Below, in pieces: positions 29,901-39,089 of a stretch of DNA of 64,000 nt (positions within the stretch are counted from its first letter, which is position 1; each line of letters opens with the position of its first letter). Location of the stretch: positions 192,001-256,000 of the forward strand of contig CAXWPH010000007.1 in NCBI GenBank assembly GCA_963666055.2, read 5' to 3'. The notes under the pieces were generated by a model. It worked only from the letters and a program-made list of their open reading frames with translations. It had not been told where the DNA came from and did not search any database. A program made the translations under genes and the position numbers. This DNA is from Acidobacteriota bacterium (GTDB taxonomy: Bacteria; Acidobacteriota; UBA890; WLXD01).

Positions 29901-31205
29901 CAAAGCAACGTTGCCCTGGTAACGGTTCCTGGTCTTGTCGAAGAACCAACCCGGGCTGCCGGTAAGGCGTTCCGTGGCGATATCGAAGTGGGCAGCGGGG
30001 AGGCTCCCGCTGTTCGGAAAGTCGCCCCCCTGGCTATCCCTCACGCCGAGCTTGGCATCGAGGTAGGTGTTCGGCGAAAAAACGTGCAGATAATCGAGAT
30101 TGAAGGTGAGTCTCTTCTCGAACGGCGCGTAGGTTGCTTCGGGTGCGACGAACCGATCCGAGGGATCCTGGTTGTCGTCTTTCTGCCAGACGAGGCTGCT
30201 CTGGAACTTGTCGCTCGGGCTCAGCTGCCAAGTGAGCTTCCCGAAGGCCTCGTTGTCCTTGGAAAAGCCCGCCAGGTCGCCGGCGAGCTCCGCCTGCTCG
30301 TTGAAGACGCGTCGCCGGAAGGAACCGTAGCCCCATAGCTTGTCGCGGGCGAGCGGTCCGCCGATATCAACGTGCCAGTCGCGGTTGTTGTTGACCTCGC
30401 GTCGGAACTCCGGATTATCGGAGTTCTGCGAATTGAAGCCATCGCCGCGGTAGAAGAAGTTCGCCGCACCGTGAACGTTGTTCGACCCCGACTTGGTAAT
30501 CGCGCTTACCACGATCCCACTGTACCCACCGATCTGTGCCTCACCGCCGACACCGGAAAAGCTCACCTCGGCGATGTTGTCGAAGTCGACGCTGATGTCG
30601 CCCTCTCCTCCTTCAGGATCGTTCTGGTTGGTCCCGTCTACGTTCCACTGCGTGCCGTTTTGGGTGCCTCCCATCACGGCGCGACCGACGGCGCCGGGGA
30701 CGAGGTTGATCAAGTTCTCCAGCCCCCGACCAGGCAACGCCTGGAAGAACTCCGAGTCCAGGTGGGTCTCGGCGGACGCCGAGGATCGGATATCGACCTG
30801 CGGCGCGGCGCCGCGGACCGTGACCGTGTCGGTGACGCCGAGAGTCAGCGAAAAGCCGACGTTCGATGCCAAGCCCGGGCGCACACGAATATCAGTCTGT
30901 TGCTCGGAGCTGAAGCCGTCCATCGAGACGGCGACCGAGTAGAGGCCAGGCGCTAACGCCGGAAACCTGAACTCCCCATTGGCGCCGGATATGACGGTCT
31001 GGTCGCCACCGATCTGGCTCGGGGAGCTGAGCATGACGGTGGCGCCCGGCAGCGCCAGGCCGTCGGGGTCGGTGACCCGGCCGGTAACCAGGCCGGTTCT
31101 GGCGACCTGTGCATGAGCCGTCAGTGGAAGCAGCACTACCAAGCAGACCGCACCGATTACGGCACTGCTGGTGCGAAGCGCAGCCCTACCAGCTCTTGTG
31201 GTCAT
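26940..31205 (-). CDS. Chimeric ORF: Oar-type TonB-dependent receptor lacking its last strands, fused in frame to the C-terminal/TPR part of a GWxTD-type protein
   Basis: Carboxypeptidase-regulatory-like N-domain, ITKSGSN plug end, FFAQDSW, ISPRFG; ends VDLRAEKAF then switches to GEFELYSPLIDGP...TPRs. Junction near 28590. Confidence 0.75.
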   Translation of the reverse strand: MTTRAGRAALRTSSAVIGAVCLVVLLPLTAHAQVARTGLVTGRVTDPDGLALPGATVMLSSPSQIGGDQTVISGANGEFRFPALAPGLYSVAVSMDGFSSEQQTDIRVRPGLASNVGFSLTLGVTDTVTVRGAAPQVDIRSSASAETHLDSEFFQALPGRGLENLINLVPGAVGRAVMGGTQNGTQWNVDGTNQNDPEGGEGDISVDFDNIAEVSFSGVGGEAQIGGYSGIVVSAITKSGSNNVHGAANFFYRGDGFNSQNSDNPEFRREVNNNRDWHVDIGGPLARDKLWGYGSFRRRVFNEQAELAGDLAGFSKDNEAFGKLTWQLSPSDKFQSSLVWQKDDNQDPSDRFVAPEATYAPFEKRLTFNLDYLHVFSPNTYLDAKLGVRDSQGGDFPNSGSLPAAHFDIATERLTGSPGWFFDKTRNRYQGNVALTHFADDFLGGSHDFKVGISADVAYPFTTQGLTGSPPAYYVDYEGEPFYRYDFQSTAIDPKGTTVAFFAQDSWTLSNGRLTLNPGIRFSHWFGENKGFVGACCGEPGFAATGSDYAPAFGISPRFGVVYDLLGDGTTALKAHYGKYYEQLIAGMYGAFSAFPGIQFRFSFWDPDENDWVVDFEERSEGGTPIDPNVKMPNFTEFSVGIERQLTRDFSVEVTGIIRQTNSFMDQIRLNGQWAAVEVFDAAGNPFTVYDILNADDGVFIQANPTALPDLLPPTEGDPFVQSRKYWAIEVAMEKRFSNRWQVLGSYVYSQARGTDDTDFSEGEGRGSSLGFSSLWSDPNVRFGGYGPMSHDVPHQIKLSGSVVLPYEILFGAFYNGLSGRAYTKTVRFRGDFESDNRIDREVESHGSRRLPWQNRVDLRAEKAFTLGNIRVGEFELYSPLIDGPNALLNASGLEAVRRAGRRGGQGFGFDALPGGGTAAYDMLQSISPDLADAAFSLIPGEARLGSPLRSDTLMAQIFEIPNRVVPTIEWAYPILTGAADSLVRFDALQVEVRAIGWLDPAGLPFVSFVARAPEAFNLGEHEGRRYLTFTVATYLVDSAGTVLEGAPSRLIESRLDAEQQGRVRQGELLYIDRLPAIPGRLELDVVLENNLTRKFGKASATVEVPGPHPTELALGQPVLCFDATPLGEGYDRFGTHLPFQVGDVALAPTVDGPFPVGGQLLVFQQVLISASREEPFSVSYALADESGTIVAGRQVAVEPELANQFGVLNQITSLQLDVDPGAYTLRVRLSEGGRERSLPVIVSQSAERPIAHAAATPPSTDPSALTRRAALLRTVGRIDEAIALLDDVLSRAPELEVALDLQIELLRDAGHYERLEELVTPRLIEHPQDVALLLLLAEANARQGEHYDAIRYYERARLGGSDDVEVLNALATEYLASVAPDGENLDKAVDLLRRSLELDASQAGVRAMLERITKAATERR

Positions 31206-31391
31206 CCTCGTGCCGACCGCGTGTCGGGGCTCCGGTGATCGTAACGGTCGTTCCCGACAGCCTCTCTTCGGATCTGGGTGCAGTCTTCTATGTTCGACAC
31301 CGATTCGCAACGGGTGCGGTGGCCGCTCTGACCTTCTCCTGGCGTGCCGGCTGGCGCATGATGATTGCTTGCACTCCACGGAGGAATTGGC

Positions 31392-32861
31392 GTGACGCCC
31401 TGGACACATGCCAGGACCCTGAGAGAAGTGCTCGTTGCGGGGCTGCTGTCGGCGACCACGGCGTTCGCGATGGCGCCGCAGACAGCGCAGCAAGTCGGAC
31501 CCGACCCGCAGCTGCGCGTAGCGCGCAGCGCCGTGCTCTCGGGACGGGTCGAGGAGGCCCTCACCCTGCTTGCGGCGCTGACCGCCGAGCAACCCGAATC
31601 GACCCAGATAGCACTGTGGCACGGCCACGCGTTCCGCCGAGCCGGGGAACTCGGTGCTGCCGCACACGAGTACCTCCGTGCGCTGCGCCTGCAGCCGACC
31701 AACGCCGGCGCGCTCGTCGCACTGGGCGATATGCAATCGGACGCCGGCAACCTGGAGGAGGCGCTGGCTTACTACGAGAGAGCGAGCGCGGCGGCACCCG
31801 CGCTAGCGGCCGGGTACCGCAAGGCGGCGGGAGCCGCAGTGCAACTCGCGTTTCACGGCGATGCGATTCGGCACCTGCGCGGCTACGTCCAGCTGCGGCC
31901 GACCGACGTGGTGGCAATGACCCAGCTCGGCGTCGAGCAATACCTGGACGGCAACATCGACGGGGCGGTGACCACTCTCGAGCGCATCCTCGAGCTCGAT
32001 CCGGACCACGGGCAGGCCCACTTCGGGTTGGGCATGGCGCTGGCAGACCAACCCGACGAGCACGAGCGCGCCTTACGACACCTCGAGCGGGCCGTGCAAG
32101 CCGACCCCGACAACGCCATGGCGCTTTATCTGATCGGTCGCGTGTACGGCACGTTGGACAATCTGGATGCAGCTCTCGAGGCACTCGACCGGAGCCTCGC
32201 GCTGGACCCCGGTCAAGCTGACGCGCACTACCGGCTGGCGCTCGTCCACGCACGGCTGGGCAACCGCCAGGCAGCGCGCCTCCACCAGACCCGGTTCCAG
32301 GAGTTGTCGCGCGCCCGGGTCGATCTGGAAGAGCGAGCGTGGCGCCTCGCGCAGCTCAAGGACACCGCCGCCGCGCTGGCCACAAGCGACCTGGATGCGG
32401 TTCGTCAGGCTGCCCGGCAACTGGCCGTGGAGGTGCCCGATGACCCCGACGTCCTGATCATGGTGGCGCAGGTCGAGCTGCGCTTCGGCGATCTGTCCGC
32501 CGCACGTGCCGCCACCGATCGGACTCTGGCACTCCGCCCGGACCACTTCGAGGCGCTGGTTCTGCGCGGCATCCTGCTGCATCGCGCCGGCAGCCACGAC
32601 GCGGCACTCGAGGCGCTGCAGACACTCCGCAACATCAACCCGTTGTACGCACCGGCGCACGCGGCAATCGGCAACGTCCTGCTGGCACTCTCAGAAACCG
32701 CCGCGGCGGTGCCCGCATACCAGGCAGCGATCGAGCTGGACCCCGACAATCCAGCCCATTACTTGAACCTGGCCACGGCCTACGGCCGGCTAGGGCGTAC
32801 GGGCCTGGAGACCGAAGCGTTGCAGCACTATCAGCGTCTGCTCGGGCAACCCTCGCAGTAG
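31392..32861 (+). CDS. Secreted tetratricopeptide repeat protein
   Basis: Multiple TPR helices (AHFGLGMAL, AHYRLALVH, HYLNLATAY); GGAGG RBS. Confidence 0.88.
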   Translation: MTPWTHARTLREVLVAGLLSATTAFAMAPQTAQQVGPDPQLRVARSAVLSGRVEEALTLLAALTAEQPESTQIALWHGHAFRRAGELGAAAHEYLRALRLQPTNAGALVALGDMQSDAGNLEEALAYYERASAAAPALAAGYRKAAGAAVQLAFHGDAIRHLRGYVQLRPTDVVAMTQLGVEQYLDGNIDGAVTTLERILELDPDHGQAHFGLGMALADQPDEHERALRHLERAVQADPDNAMALYLIGRVYGTLDNLDAALEALDRSLALDPGQADAHYRLALVHARLGNRQAARLHQTRFQELSRARVDLEERAWRLAQLKDTAAALATSDLDAVRQAARQLAVEVPDDPDVLIMVAQVELRFGDLSAARAATDRTLALRPDHFEALVLRGILLHRAGSHDAALEALQTLRNINPLYAPAHAAIGNVLLALSETAAAVPAYQAAIELDPDNPAHYLNLATAYGRLGRTGLETEALQHYQRLLGQPSQ

Positions 32862-32880
32862 GCGAGGCTCGATCCGTGGC

Positions 32881-33501
32881 TCACAGGTTGCGATACACGT
32901 CGCGGGTGCTGCCGAAGTCGACCAGCGCCACCCAGTCACCGAACCAACTCTCGAGCTCGTCGTCGCCGGCGCCCATCGCCTGTTCCCATACGGCCAGGCT
33001 GTCCCAGGTCGACGACCAGACGAACTTTCCGGGGGCGTCAGTGCCGCAAAGCAGCTGCTGGTTCTGCCCCGACCAACCGTCGATGCCCTGGGCGCGGGCC
33101 ATCAGCTCGCGCGCCTGATCGAGTCGGTCAAGGCGCACGATGTAGGAGCTCCGCACTTCGATCTTGCGCGGCGTATTGTCGGCCGGCGGCGACGGATCGA
33201 GCACCGTAAACACCTCTTGAGCGCCGCCGAACAGGAGGCGTGGGGCGATCGTCGCGCGCCAAGCCCTGTATTCGTCGCATTGCTCCGCCACCGTCATCGC
33301 CTCTTCCCAAGCGGCAAGGCTCGGCCACTGGAACGACCATACGAACAGGCTCTGCTGCGCGTGGCCGTGAAGCATCTGCTGAATACGGCCTTCCCAGCCC
33401 AGGATCGGCCAGACGGTGTCGCGGCCGAGCTGCGCCAGCTCTTCGACGGGGCCCTCGGCGTCGAGCATGGTGACCCGATACGAACTGCGGACTTCGATCA
33501 T
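32881..33501 (-). CDS. Hypothetical protein with two tandem NIPSNAP-like (dimeric alpha-beta barrel) domains
   Basis: Repeated IEVRSSY...FVWS..WxSLAxWE.AM. Confidence 0.75.
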   Translation of the reverse strand: MIEVRSSYRVTMLDAEGPVEELAQLGRDTVWPILGWEGRIQQMLHGHAQQSLFVWSFQWPSLAAWEEAMTVAEQCDEYRAWRATIAPRLLFGGAQEVFTVLDPSPPADNTPRKIEVRSSYIVRLDRLDQARELMARAQGIDGWSGQNQQLLCGTDAPGKFVWSSTWDSLAVWEQAMGAGDDELESWFGDWVALVDFGSTRDVYRNL

Positions 33502-33538
33502 TCAGCGCCTCTCGATGCGGCCGGTAACCGCTTCCGGC

Positions 33539-34543
33539 TCAGGTATGGAGATGACAGGCGACGGCGTGGCCCGGTGTCGGTTCGATCAGCTCGGGCTCGA
33601 GCGTGTCGCAGTCGACACCGCGCTCCAGCATGGCCTGGCTCTTGAACGTGCAGCGCGTGCAGAAGTTGCAGCCCGCCGGAGGGTCAGACGGGCTCGGCAC
33701 TTCGCCGCCGACGGCCACCGGACGCATCTGCCGGGCGCGCTCCGGATCCGGGATCGGAACAGCCGACAGCAGCGCCTGCGTGTAGGGATGACGAGGGCAG
33801 CCGAACAACTGGTCGCGTGGCGCACATTCGACCAGCTTGCCGAGATACATCACCGCCACGCGGTCGCTGATCTGCCGCACCACACCGAGATCATGGGTGA
33901 TCAGCAGATAGGAGAGCCCGAGCCGCCGCTGGAGGTCCTGCAGCAAGGCGACGATCTGCGCCTGGATCGACAGGTCGAGCGCCGATGTGGGCTCGTCGCA
34001 CACCAGCAGCTCGGGCTCGAGCGCCAGCGCTCGCGCGATGCCGACGCGCTGTCGCTCACCGCCGGCCAGCTCGCGCGGCAGGCGTGCACCGAGCGCAGAG
34101 TCGAGCCCGACGGTGTCGAGTAGCGAGTCGACCTTACGGCGCAGGGTGTCGCCCGCGAGCTGACGATGAATCTCCAACGGCTCGGCGATCAGGCGGCCGA
34201 TTCGCCATCGCGGATTGAGCGCCGCGCCGGCGTCCTGGAACACCAACTGCATGCGCGGTCGCAGCTTGGCTAGCTGCGCTCTGCCGAGCCCGGCGAGCTC
34301 CTGACCATCGAAGCGCACGCTCCCGGAGGTCGCCGGCACGAGTCGCAGAATAGCCCGCCCCAGCGTGCTCTTGCCGCAACCACTCTCGCCCACCAGGCTC
34401 AAAGTCTCGCCGCGAGCCACGGTCAACGAAACTCCGTCGACAGCCCGAACCACGCGGTGGTCGCGCCGCCAGCTGGTGCCCGCCCGACGTGGGAAGTACA
34501 CGCATAGCTCCGAGACTTCGAGCAGCGGCGCCGCGACGCTCAA
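33539..34543 (-). CDS. Oligopeptide/dipeptide ABC transporter ATPase (OppF-like)
   Basis: [24 protein letters not shown] and C-terminal Cys cluster. Confidence 0.93.
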   Translation of the reverse strand: MSVAAPLLEVSELCVYFPRRAGTSWRRDHRVVRAVDGVSLTVARGETLSLVGESGCGKSTLGRAILRLVPATSGSVRFDGQELAGLGRAQLAKLRPRMQLVFQDAGAALNPRWRIGRLIAEPLEIHRQLAGDTLRRKVDSLLDTVGLDSALGARLPRELAGGERQRVGIARALALEPELLVCDEPTSALDLSIQAQIVALLQDLQRRLGLSYLLITHDLGVVRQISDRVAVMYLGKLVECAPRDQLFGCPRHPYTQALLSAVPIPDPERARQMRPVAVGGEVPSPSDPPAGCNFCTRCTFKSQAMLERGVDCDTLEPELIEPTPGHAVACHLHT

Positions 34544-35487
34544 GTGCGCGGTTCCGAATGCCCGGTGCCAGGGTCGGCGCTCGCAAGGCCGAAGGTGGAT
34601 GAGCCCGCGGCGCCCAGGGCGTTCTGCCGCGCCAGCGTCATCAGCTGGCGGGTGTACGGATGCTCCGGGTTGGCATACAGGTCGGCGGCCGATGCGGTTT
34701 CGACGATTTTTCCAGCCCGCATGACCGCCACCCGGTCGGCGAGGCCGGCAATCACGCCCAGATCGTGGCTGATCCAGATCAGCGCCATGCCGAGATCGTC
34801 GCGCAGCCGCCGCATCAGATCGACGATCTGAGCCTGAACGGTCACGTCGAGCGCCGTCGTCGGCTCATCGGCGATCAGCAGCTCGGGCTCGGCGGCCAGC
34901 GCCATCGCGATCATCGCTCGCTGCCGCATGCCGCCCGACAACTGGTGTGGATACGCCTCAGCCAGCTCGTCGGGATGCGGAATTCCGACGCGCCCCAGCC
35001 ATTGCGCCGCCCGTTGACGAACCTGTGCGCGGCTTCCGCCCAGGTGACATTCGATGACCTCTCCGACCTGACGGCCCAACGTCATCACCGGATTGAGTGC
35101 CGACAGCGGTTCCTGGAAGACGAAGCCGATGCGCTTGCCGCGCACCCTCGAGAGCGCCGCGACGTCAAGCTCCAGGAGGTCGACGCCGCCCAGCGAGAGG
35201 CGCGCCGCCTCGATGCGCGCCGGCGGCGCCGGCACCAGACCGACCAGCGACATTGCCGTCACGCTCTTACCCGACCCGGACTCGCCGACGATGCCGAGGG
35301 TCTCTCCGGCCGCAACGTTGAAGGAAATCCCATCCACGGCGCAAACAACGCCGGCGCCGGTATCAAACTCGACGCGCAGATCGCGCACGTCGAGCAACGG
35401 TTGCGTATCGCCGGCGTGGCCTTGGGCGGTTATGGGCAGCTCACTAATCCTCGAAGCCCATCTCGCGGTTGAAGGAGCCGCCGCCAC
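34540..35487 (-). CDS. Oligopeptide/dipeptide ABC transporter ATPase (OppD-like)
   Basis: [16 protein letters not shown] and DEPTTALD motifs. True start uncertain. Confidence 0.92.
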   Translation of the reverse strand: MAAAPSTARWASRISELPITAQGHAGDTQPLLDVRDLRVEFDTGAGVVCAVDGISFNVAAGETLGIVGESGSGKSVTAMSLVGLVPAPPARIEAARLSLGGVDLLELDVAALSRVRGKRIGFVFQEPLSALNPVMTLGRQVGEVIECHLGGSRAQVRQRAAQWLGRVGIPHPDELAEAYPHQLSGGMRQRAMIAMALAAEPELLIADEPTTALDVTVQAQIVDLMRRLRDDLGMALIWISHDLGVIAGLADRVAVMRAGKIVETASAADLYANPEHPYTRQLMTLARQNALGAAGSSTFGLASADPGTGHSEPRT

Positions 35488-36445
35488 TCATCTCCTTGCC
35501 GTCGAGGATGACCGTCGGGGTCGCCAGCATGATGTCCATGTGGTAATCGCTCAGGCCCACGGTGCCGCCGAAGTCGGGGTTCTGATATCCGAACCCGAAG
35601 TCGACCGCCGCTAGCTTGCGCTCGTCCTCGATCATGCGCCCCGAGATGCCGGCCTGTGGATTGAGCCCGAGGCTGAAGTGACAGAGCTTGTAGATGGTCG
35701 GATCGTTGCAGCTCGCCAGCCACTCGCGCATGGTGTCGGCCTCGGAGCCGCCTTCGACCTTGGTGATCACCCCGTTCTCCATCGTCATGCTGTAGGGGCT
35801 GTGCACCACACCCTGAACGCTATCGGAGGCGTCGACGACGATAACTCCCTCGATGCTCTCCTCCACCGGCGCGATGTTGGTCTGCATACCCGGAAAGAAG
35901 TCGTCCATCCCCGGTCGCTCGAGCTTGCCCGTACCGAGGTCGGCCTTGCGAGGCTTCAGCTGGAAGCTCACGTCGGTGCCCTGCGGCGTGGTGACCTGGC
36001 AGATGTCGGTGGCTTCCCATAGCTCGCAGACGCGCCTGCCGATGCGGATCATCTTGTCGATGTCGACGTGCAGCAGAGCCCGGACAACATAGTCCTCGAC
36101 GTTGGTGACCTCGGTGTAGAGGATGCTGGTGCCGCCGGCCTTGGCGTCGAGCATCGCCGGTGAGGCGTCGATCCCGTCATCGACGATCGATACGATGTAC
36201 TTCGCCGCCTTGAAGGCTTCGCAGAGAATCGGCCCCGGGGACGCCGCCTCCCCGGGCTTTGCAAGCTGCCTGATAATCAGCTGCGTATCGGCCCCGGAGC
36301 GCACCCCTGCCGCCATCAGGGCATGCGCCAGGTTCAGCTCGCTGCGCGTGTCGGCGAGCACCAGCAGCGGGTCGCCCGCAGCGGGCTCGACTAACCGCTT
36401 GATAGTGACCTCGGCGAACTCGTCCCAGAACTCTCTGGACTTCAT
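35444..36445 (-). CDS. M29/aminopeptidase T-fold protein, NicX-like
   Basis: TTPQGTDVSF, ITKVEGG, LCHFSLGLNP, EDER and HMDIML motifs. Confidence 0.75.
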   Translation of the reverse strand: MKSREFWDEFAEVTIKRLVEPAAGDPLLVLADTRSELNLAHALMAAGVRSGADTQLIIRQLAKPGEAASPGPILCEAFKAAKYIVSIVDDGIDASPAMLDAKAGGTSILYTEVTNVEDYVVRALLHVDIDKMIRIGRRVCELWEATDICQVTTPQGTDVSFQLKPRKADLGTGKLERPGMDDFFPGMQTNIAPVEESIEGVIVVDASDSVQGVVHSPYSMTMENGVITKVEGGSEADTMREWLASCNDPTIYKLCHFSLGLNPQAGISGRMIEDERKLAAVDFGFGYQNPDFGGTVGLSDYHMDIMLATPTVILDGKEMSGGGSFNREMGFED

Positions 36446-36491
36446 CGATCTCACTCCCTTGCTGGTAGTTGCGCGCGTCTGCGCATCCTGG

Positions 36492-37235
36492 CTAGTCGTC
36501 GGGGCTCAGGCTGTCCGGCCGCGGGAAGGCGCGCTTGCTCTGCGCAATCCGCAGTCGCGCCAGGCTCTCCGCCATCATCGCCGAGGCCTGGATGGGGTCG
36601 ATTACCGGGATCGGCAGCTCGCGCTGCAGCCGGCCGATGACGTCGAGGCTGCCGTAGCCGATCACCGCGTCGGCGCCGTCTTCCTGCATCGCCAGCCGTC
36701 CCTGCTCGATCATTGCTTCGGGCAAGCTCGCGTCGCGGCCGGCGAACTCGAGCGAGTCGCCCGGCACCGCGCGCACCGAGGCCAGCTTGTCGGCGAAGCC
36801 GTAGAGGCGCGCCAGGTCTTCGATGCAGCGCGATCCGTAGGCGCCCCGCTGGTTGCCAGCGGTCTTGCCCGGCATCAAGAAAGAAAACCGCCTGCCGACC
36901 ATCGAGGCGAAGTGCATCGCCGCCTCCGACTCTCCGACCACCGGGATGTCGAGCGCCTCTTTGCCTCCTTGGACTCCCGGCTCATCCAGACAGCCCATGG
37001 CCACAGCATGGAAGCCTTCGCGCTCCGCCCGCCGAGCCGCGTCGATGTGCAGCATGGCCAGCGATTCGGCGTCGTAGACGCAGCCGATGGCCTCGATCGG
37101 TGCGTCCGGCAGATCCCACAGCTCGACTTCAACGCCGGCGTGCGCCAAGGGTGCCAGAAGCTCACGATGCACATCACCCCAGGCGCGCAGGCCGTTGCGA
37201 ACGGGGATGATGGCGCAGATACGAATGACCTCCAT
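36492..37235 (-). CDS. Asp/Glu/hydantoin racemase family protein
   Basis: AVAMGCLDEPG, LDIPVVG, LASVRAV and IPVIDP motifs. Confidence 0.85.
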   Translation of the reverse strand: MEVIRICAIIPVRNGLRAWGDVHRELLAPLAHAGVEVELWDLPDAPIEAIGCVYDAESLAMLHIDAARRAEREGFHAVAMGCLDEPGVQGGKEALDIPVVGESEAAMHFASMVGRRFSFLMPGKTAGNQRGAYGSRCIEDLARLYGFADKLASVRAVPGDSLEFAGRDASLPEAMIEQGRLAMQEDGADAVIGYGSLDVIGRLQRELPIPVIDPIQASAMMAESLARLRIAQSKRAFPRPDSLSPDD

Positions 37236-38089
37236 CAGGTCTCCTTTCCGTAGGCCGTTACGGCTCCGCCGACTCCGTCCTGGAGTCGGTCGCCGAGGCC
37301 CTCGCCGATCAAGTTGAATCCGACCACCAACACCAAGAGCGCCAAACCAGGAAAGCTCGCCACCCACCACTGGTCGAGTAGGAACTTCTGGCCCTCGGCC
37401 ACCATGCGTCCCCACTCCGCTGTGGGTGGTTGCGCTCCCAGCCCCAGAAAGCTCAGCGACGCCGCCGTCAACGCTACGAACCCAGCGTCGAGCGAGGCGC
37501 GCACGACGATCGGATCGATGACGTTGGGCAGCACGTGACGGGTGACGATACGGAACCGGCTGGCGCCGATGACGCGCGCCGACTCGACAAACTCTTGCTT
37601 GCGTACCGAGAGGATCTGGCTACGCACGAGCCGCGCGTAGGCGGGCCACCACAGAAACGCCACTGCGAGCATCGTCTGGCGCAGCCCGCGGCCGAGTACG
37701 GCGTTGGTGGCCAGCGCCAGGATCAGCGGTGGAAACGCCAGAAACACGTCAGTGGTTCGCATCAGCAATCCGTCGAGCCACCCGCCGACATAGCCGGACA
37801 CAGAGCCCACGCTCACACCTATGAGGATCGCGATGACAAGCACCACCACCACGGTCGCCAGCGTCGTACGCGCCCCGTAGACGACGCGCGTGTACACGTC
37901 GATGCCGACCCCGTCGGTGCCCAGCCAGTGCTCCGCTGACGGAGCAGCCAGCCGCCGCTCGAGCTCCAACCCAGCCGGATCCTGGGCGGTGAAAAGGCCC
38001 GGAGCCAGCGCCATCGTCAGGAACAGCGCGACGATAGCGCCGCCGACAATCATGCGCCGGTCTCGCGGCACCCTCGGACGGTTACTCAT
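37235..38089 (-). CDS. Peptide ABC permease (DppC-like)
   Basis: HWLGTD, EFVESARVIGA and LSFLGLG..PPTAEWG motifs. Confidence 0.93.
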   Translation of the reverse strand: MSNRPRVPRDRRMIVGGAIVALFLTMALAPGLFTAQDPAGLELERRLAAPSAEHWLGTDGVGIDVYTRVVYGARTTLATVVVVLVIAILIGVSVGSVSGYVGGWLDGLLMRTTDVFLAFPPLILALATNAVLGRGLRQTMLAVAFLWWPAYARLVRSQILSVRKQEFVESARVIGASRFRIVTRHVLPNVIDPIVVRASLDAGFVALTAASLSFLGLGAQPPTAEWGRMVAEGQKFLLDQWWVASFPGLALLVLVVGFNLIGEGLGDRLQDGVGGAVTAYGKET

Positions 38090-39089
38090 ATTCGATCCGC
38101 GGGTCGAGCCGAGCGTACAGCAGATCGACCCCGAGATTTACGAACAGGTAGGCGATGGTCGAAATGAGCGTGACCCCCATGATCACCGGGATGTCGAGCC
38201 GGAAGATCCCGGTCCAGGCATACGTACCCAAGCCACCCCAGGAGAACAGGTTCTCGATCAGCACCGTGCCGCCGAGCAGGAAGGCGACCTGTAGGCCGAT
38301 CACCGTGGTGGTGAGCAACAGCGCGTTCGGCAGCGCGTGGTGCAACCACACACTGCGCTCCGGCAGCCCCTTGGCCCGCGCCGTGCGCACGTAGTCTTGG
38401 CTCAGCGCCAGGAGCATGGAGCTGCGAGTGATCCGACCCACTTCCGAGACACCGGCAATCGCCAGCGTCGTCGCCGGCAGCACCAGGTGACGGACCGCGT
38501 CCACAAACGTGCTCCACTGTCCGGCCAGAATCGCGTCGACGGTGTACATCCCAGTGAGTCCGGGCGGCGGTAGCGTCTCGAGCCCGAGACGGCCGGCGAT
38601 TGGAAGCACTCGCAGCCAACCGGCGAAGACGAGCTGCAGCAACAAGGCAAGAAAGAACACCGGCATCCCGACGCCGAAGTAGGAGAAGCCGAGGAAGCCG
38701 TGATCGAACCAGCCGCCTCGTCGGGTCGCCGCGCGCACGCCGAACGGAATCCCGACGCCGACGGTGATCACCATCGTCGCCAGCAACAGCTCGAGCGTCG
38801 CCGGAAAGAAGATCAGCAGCTCGCGAGCAACGTCCTGCTTCGAGGTGAGCGACGTACCGAGATCGCCGCGCGACAAGCGCCCCATGTACAACGCGTACTG
38901 CACCGGCAACGGCCGATCCAGGCCGAGACGCTGGCGAACCGCCTCGAGCTGATCGGGTGTGGCAAGCCGACCCGCCGCCGCTCGCGCCGGATCGCCCGGC
39001 AGCATGTTGCTGAGGAAAAAGGCCAGCAGGCTGACGCCGATGAGCACCGGGACCATCAGCAGCAGGCGTCGGACGACGTACCGTCTCAT
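38082..39089 (-). CDS. Peptide ABC permease (DppB-like)
   Basis: PGDP, LGLDRP, FPATLEL and DYVRTARAKGL motifs. Confidence 0.93.
   Translation of the reverse strand: MRRYVVRRLLLMVPVLIGVSLLAFFLSNMLPGDPARAAAGRLATPDQLEAVRQRLGLDRPLPVQYALYMGRLSRGDLGTSLTSKQDVARELLIFFPATLELLLATMVITVGVGIPFGVRAATRRGGWFDHGFLGFSYFGVGMPVFFLALLLQLVFAGWLRVLPIAGRLGLETLPPPGLTGMYTVDAILAGQWSTFVDAVRHLVLPATTLAIAGVSEVGRITRSSMLLALSQDYVRTARAKGLPERSVWLHHALPNALLLTTTVIGLQVAFLLGGTVLIENLFSWGGLGTYAWTGIFRLDIPVIMGVTLISTIAYLFVNLGVDLLYARLDPRIEYE

Noticed and set aside
31340-31370. Sigma54 promoter upstream of the TPR gene
   Set aside because: TGGCGC...TTGC has GG-N12-GC spacing rather than the required N10.
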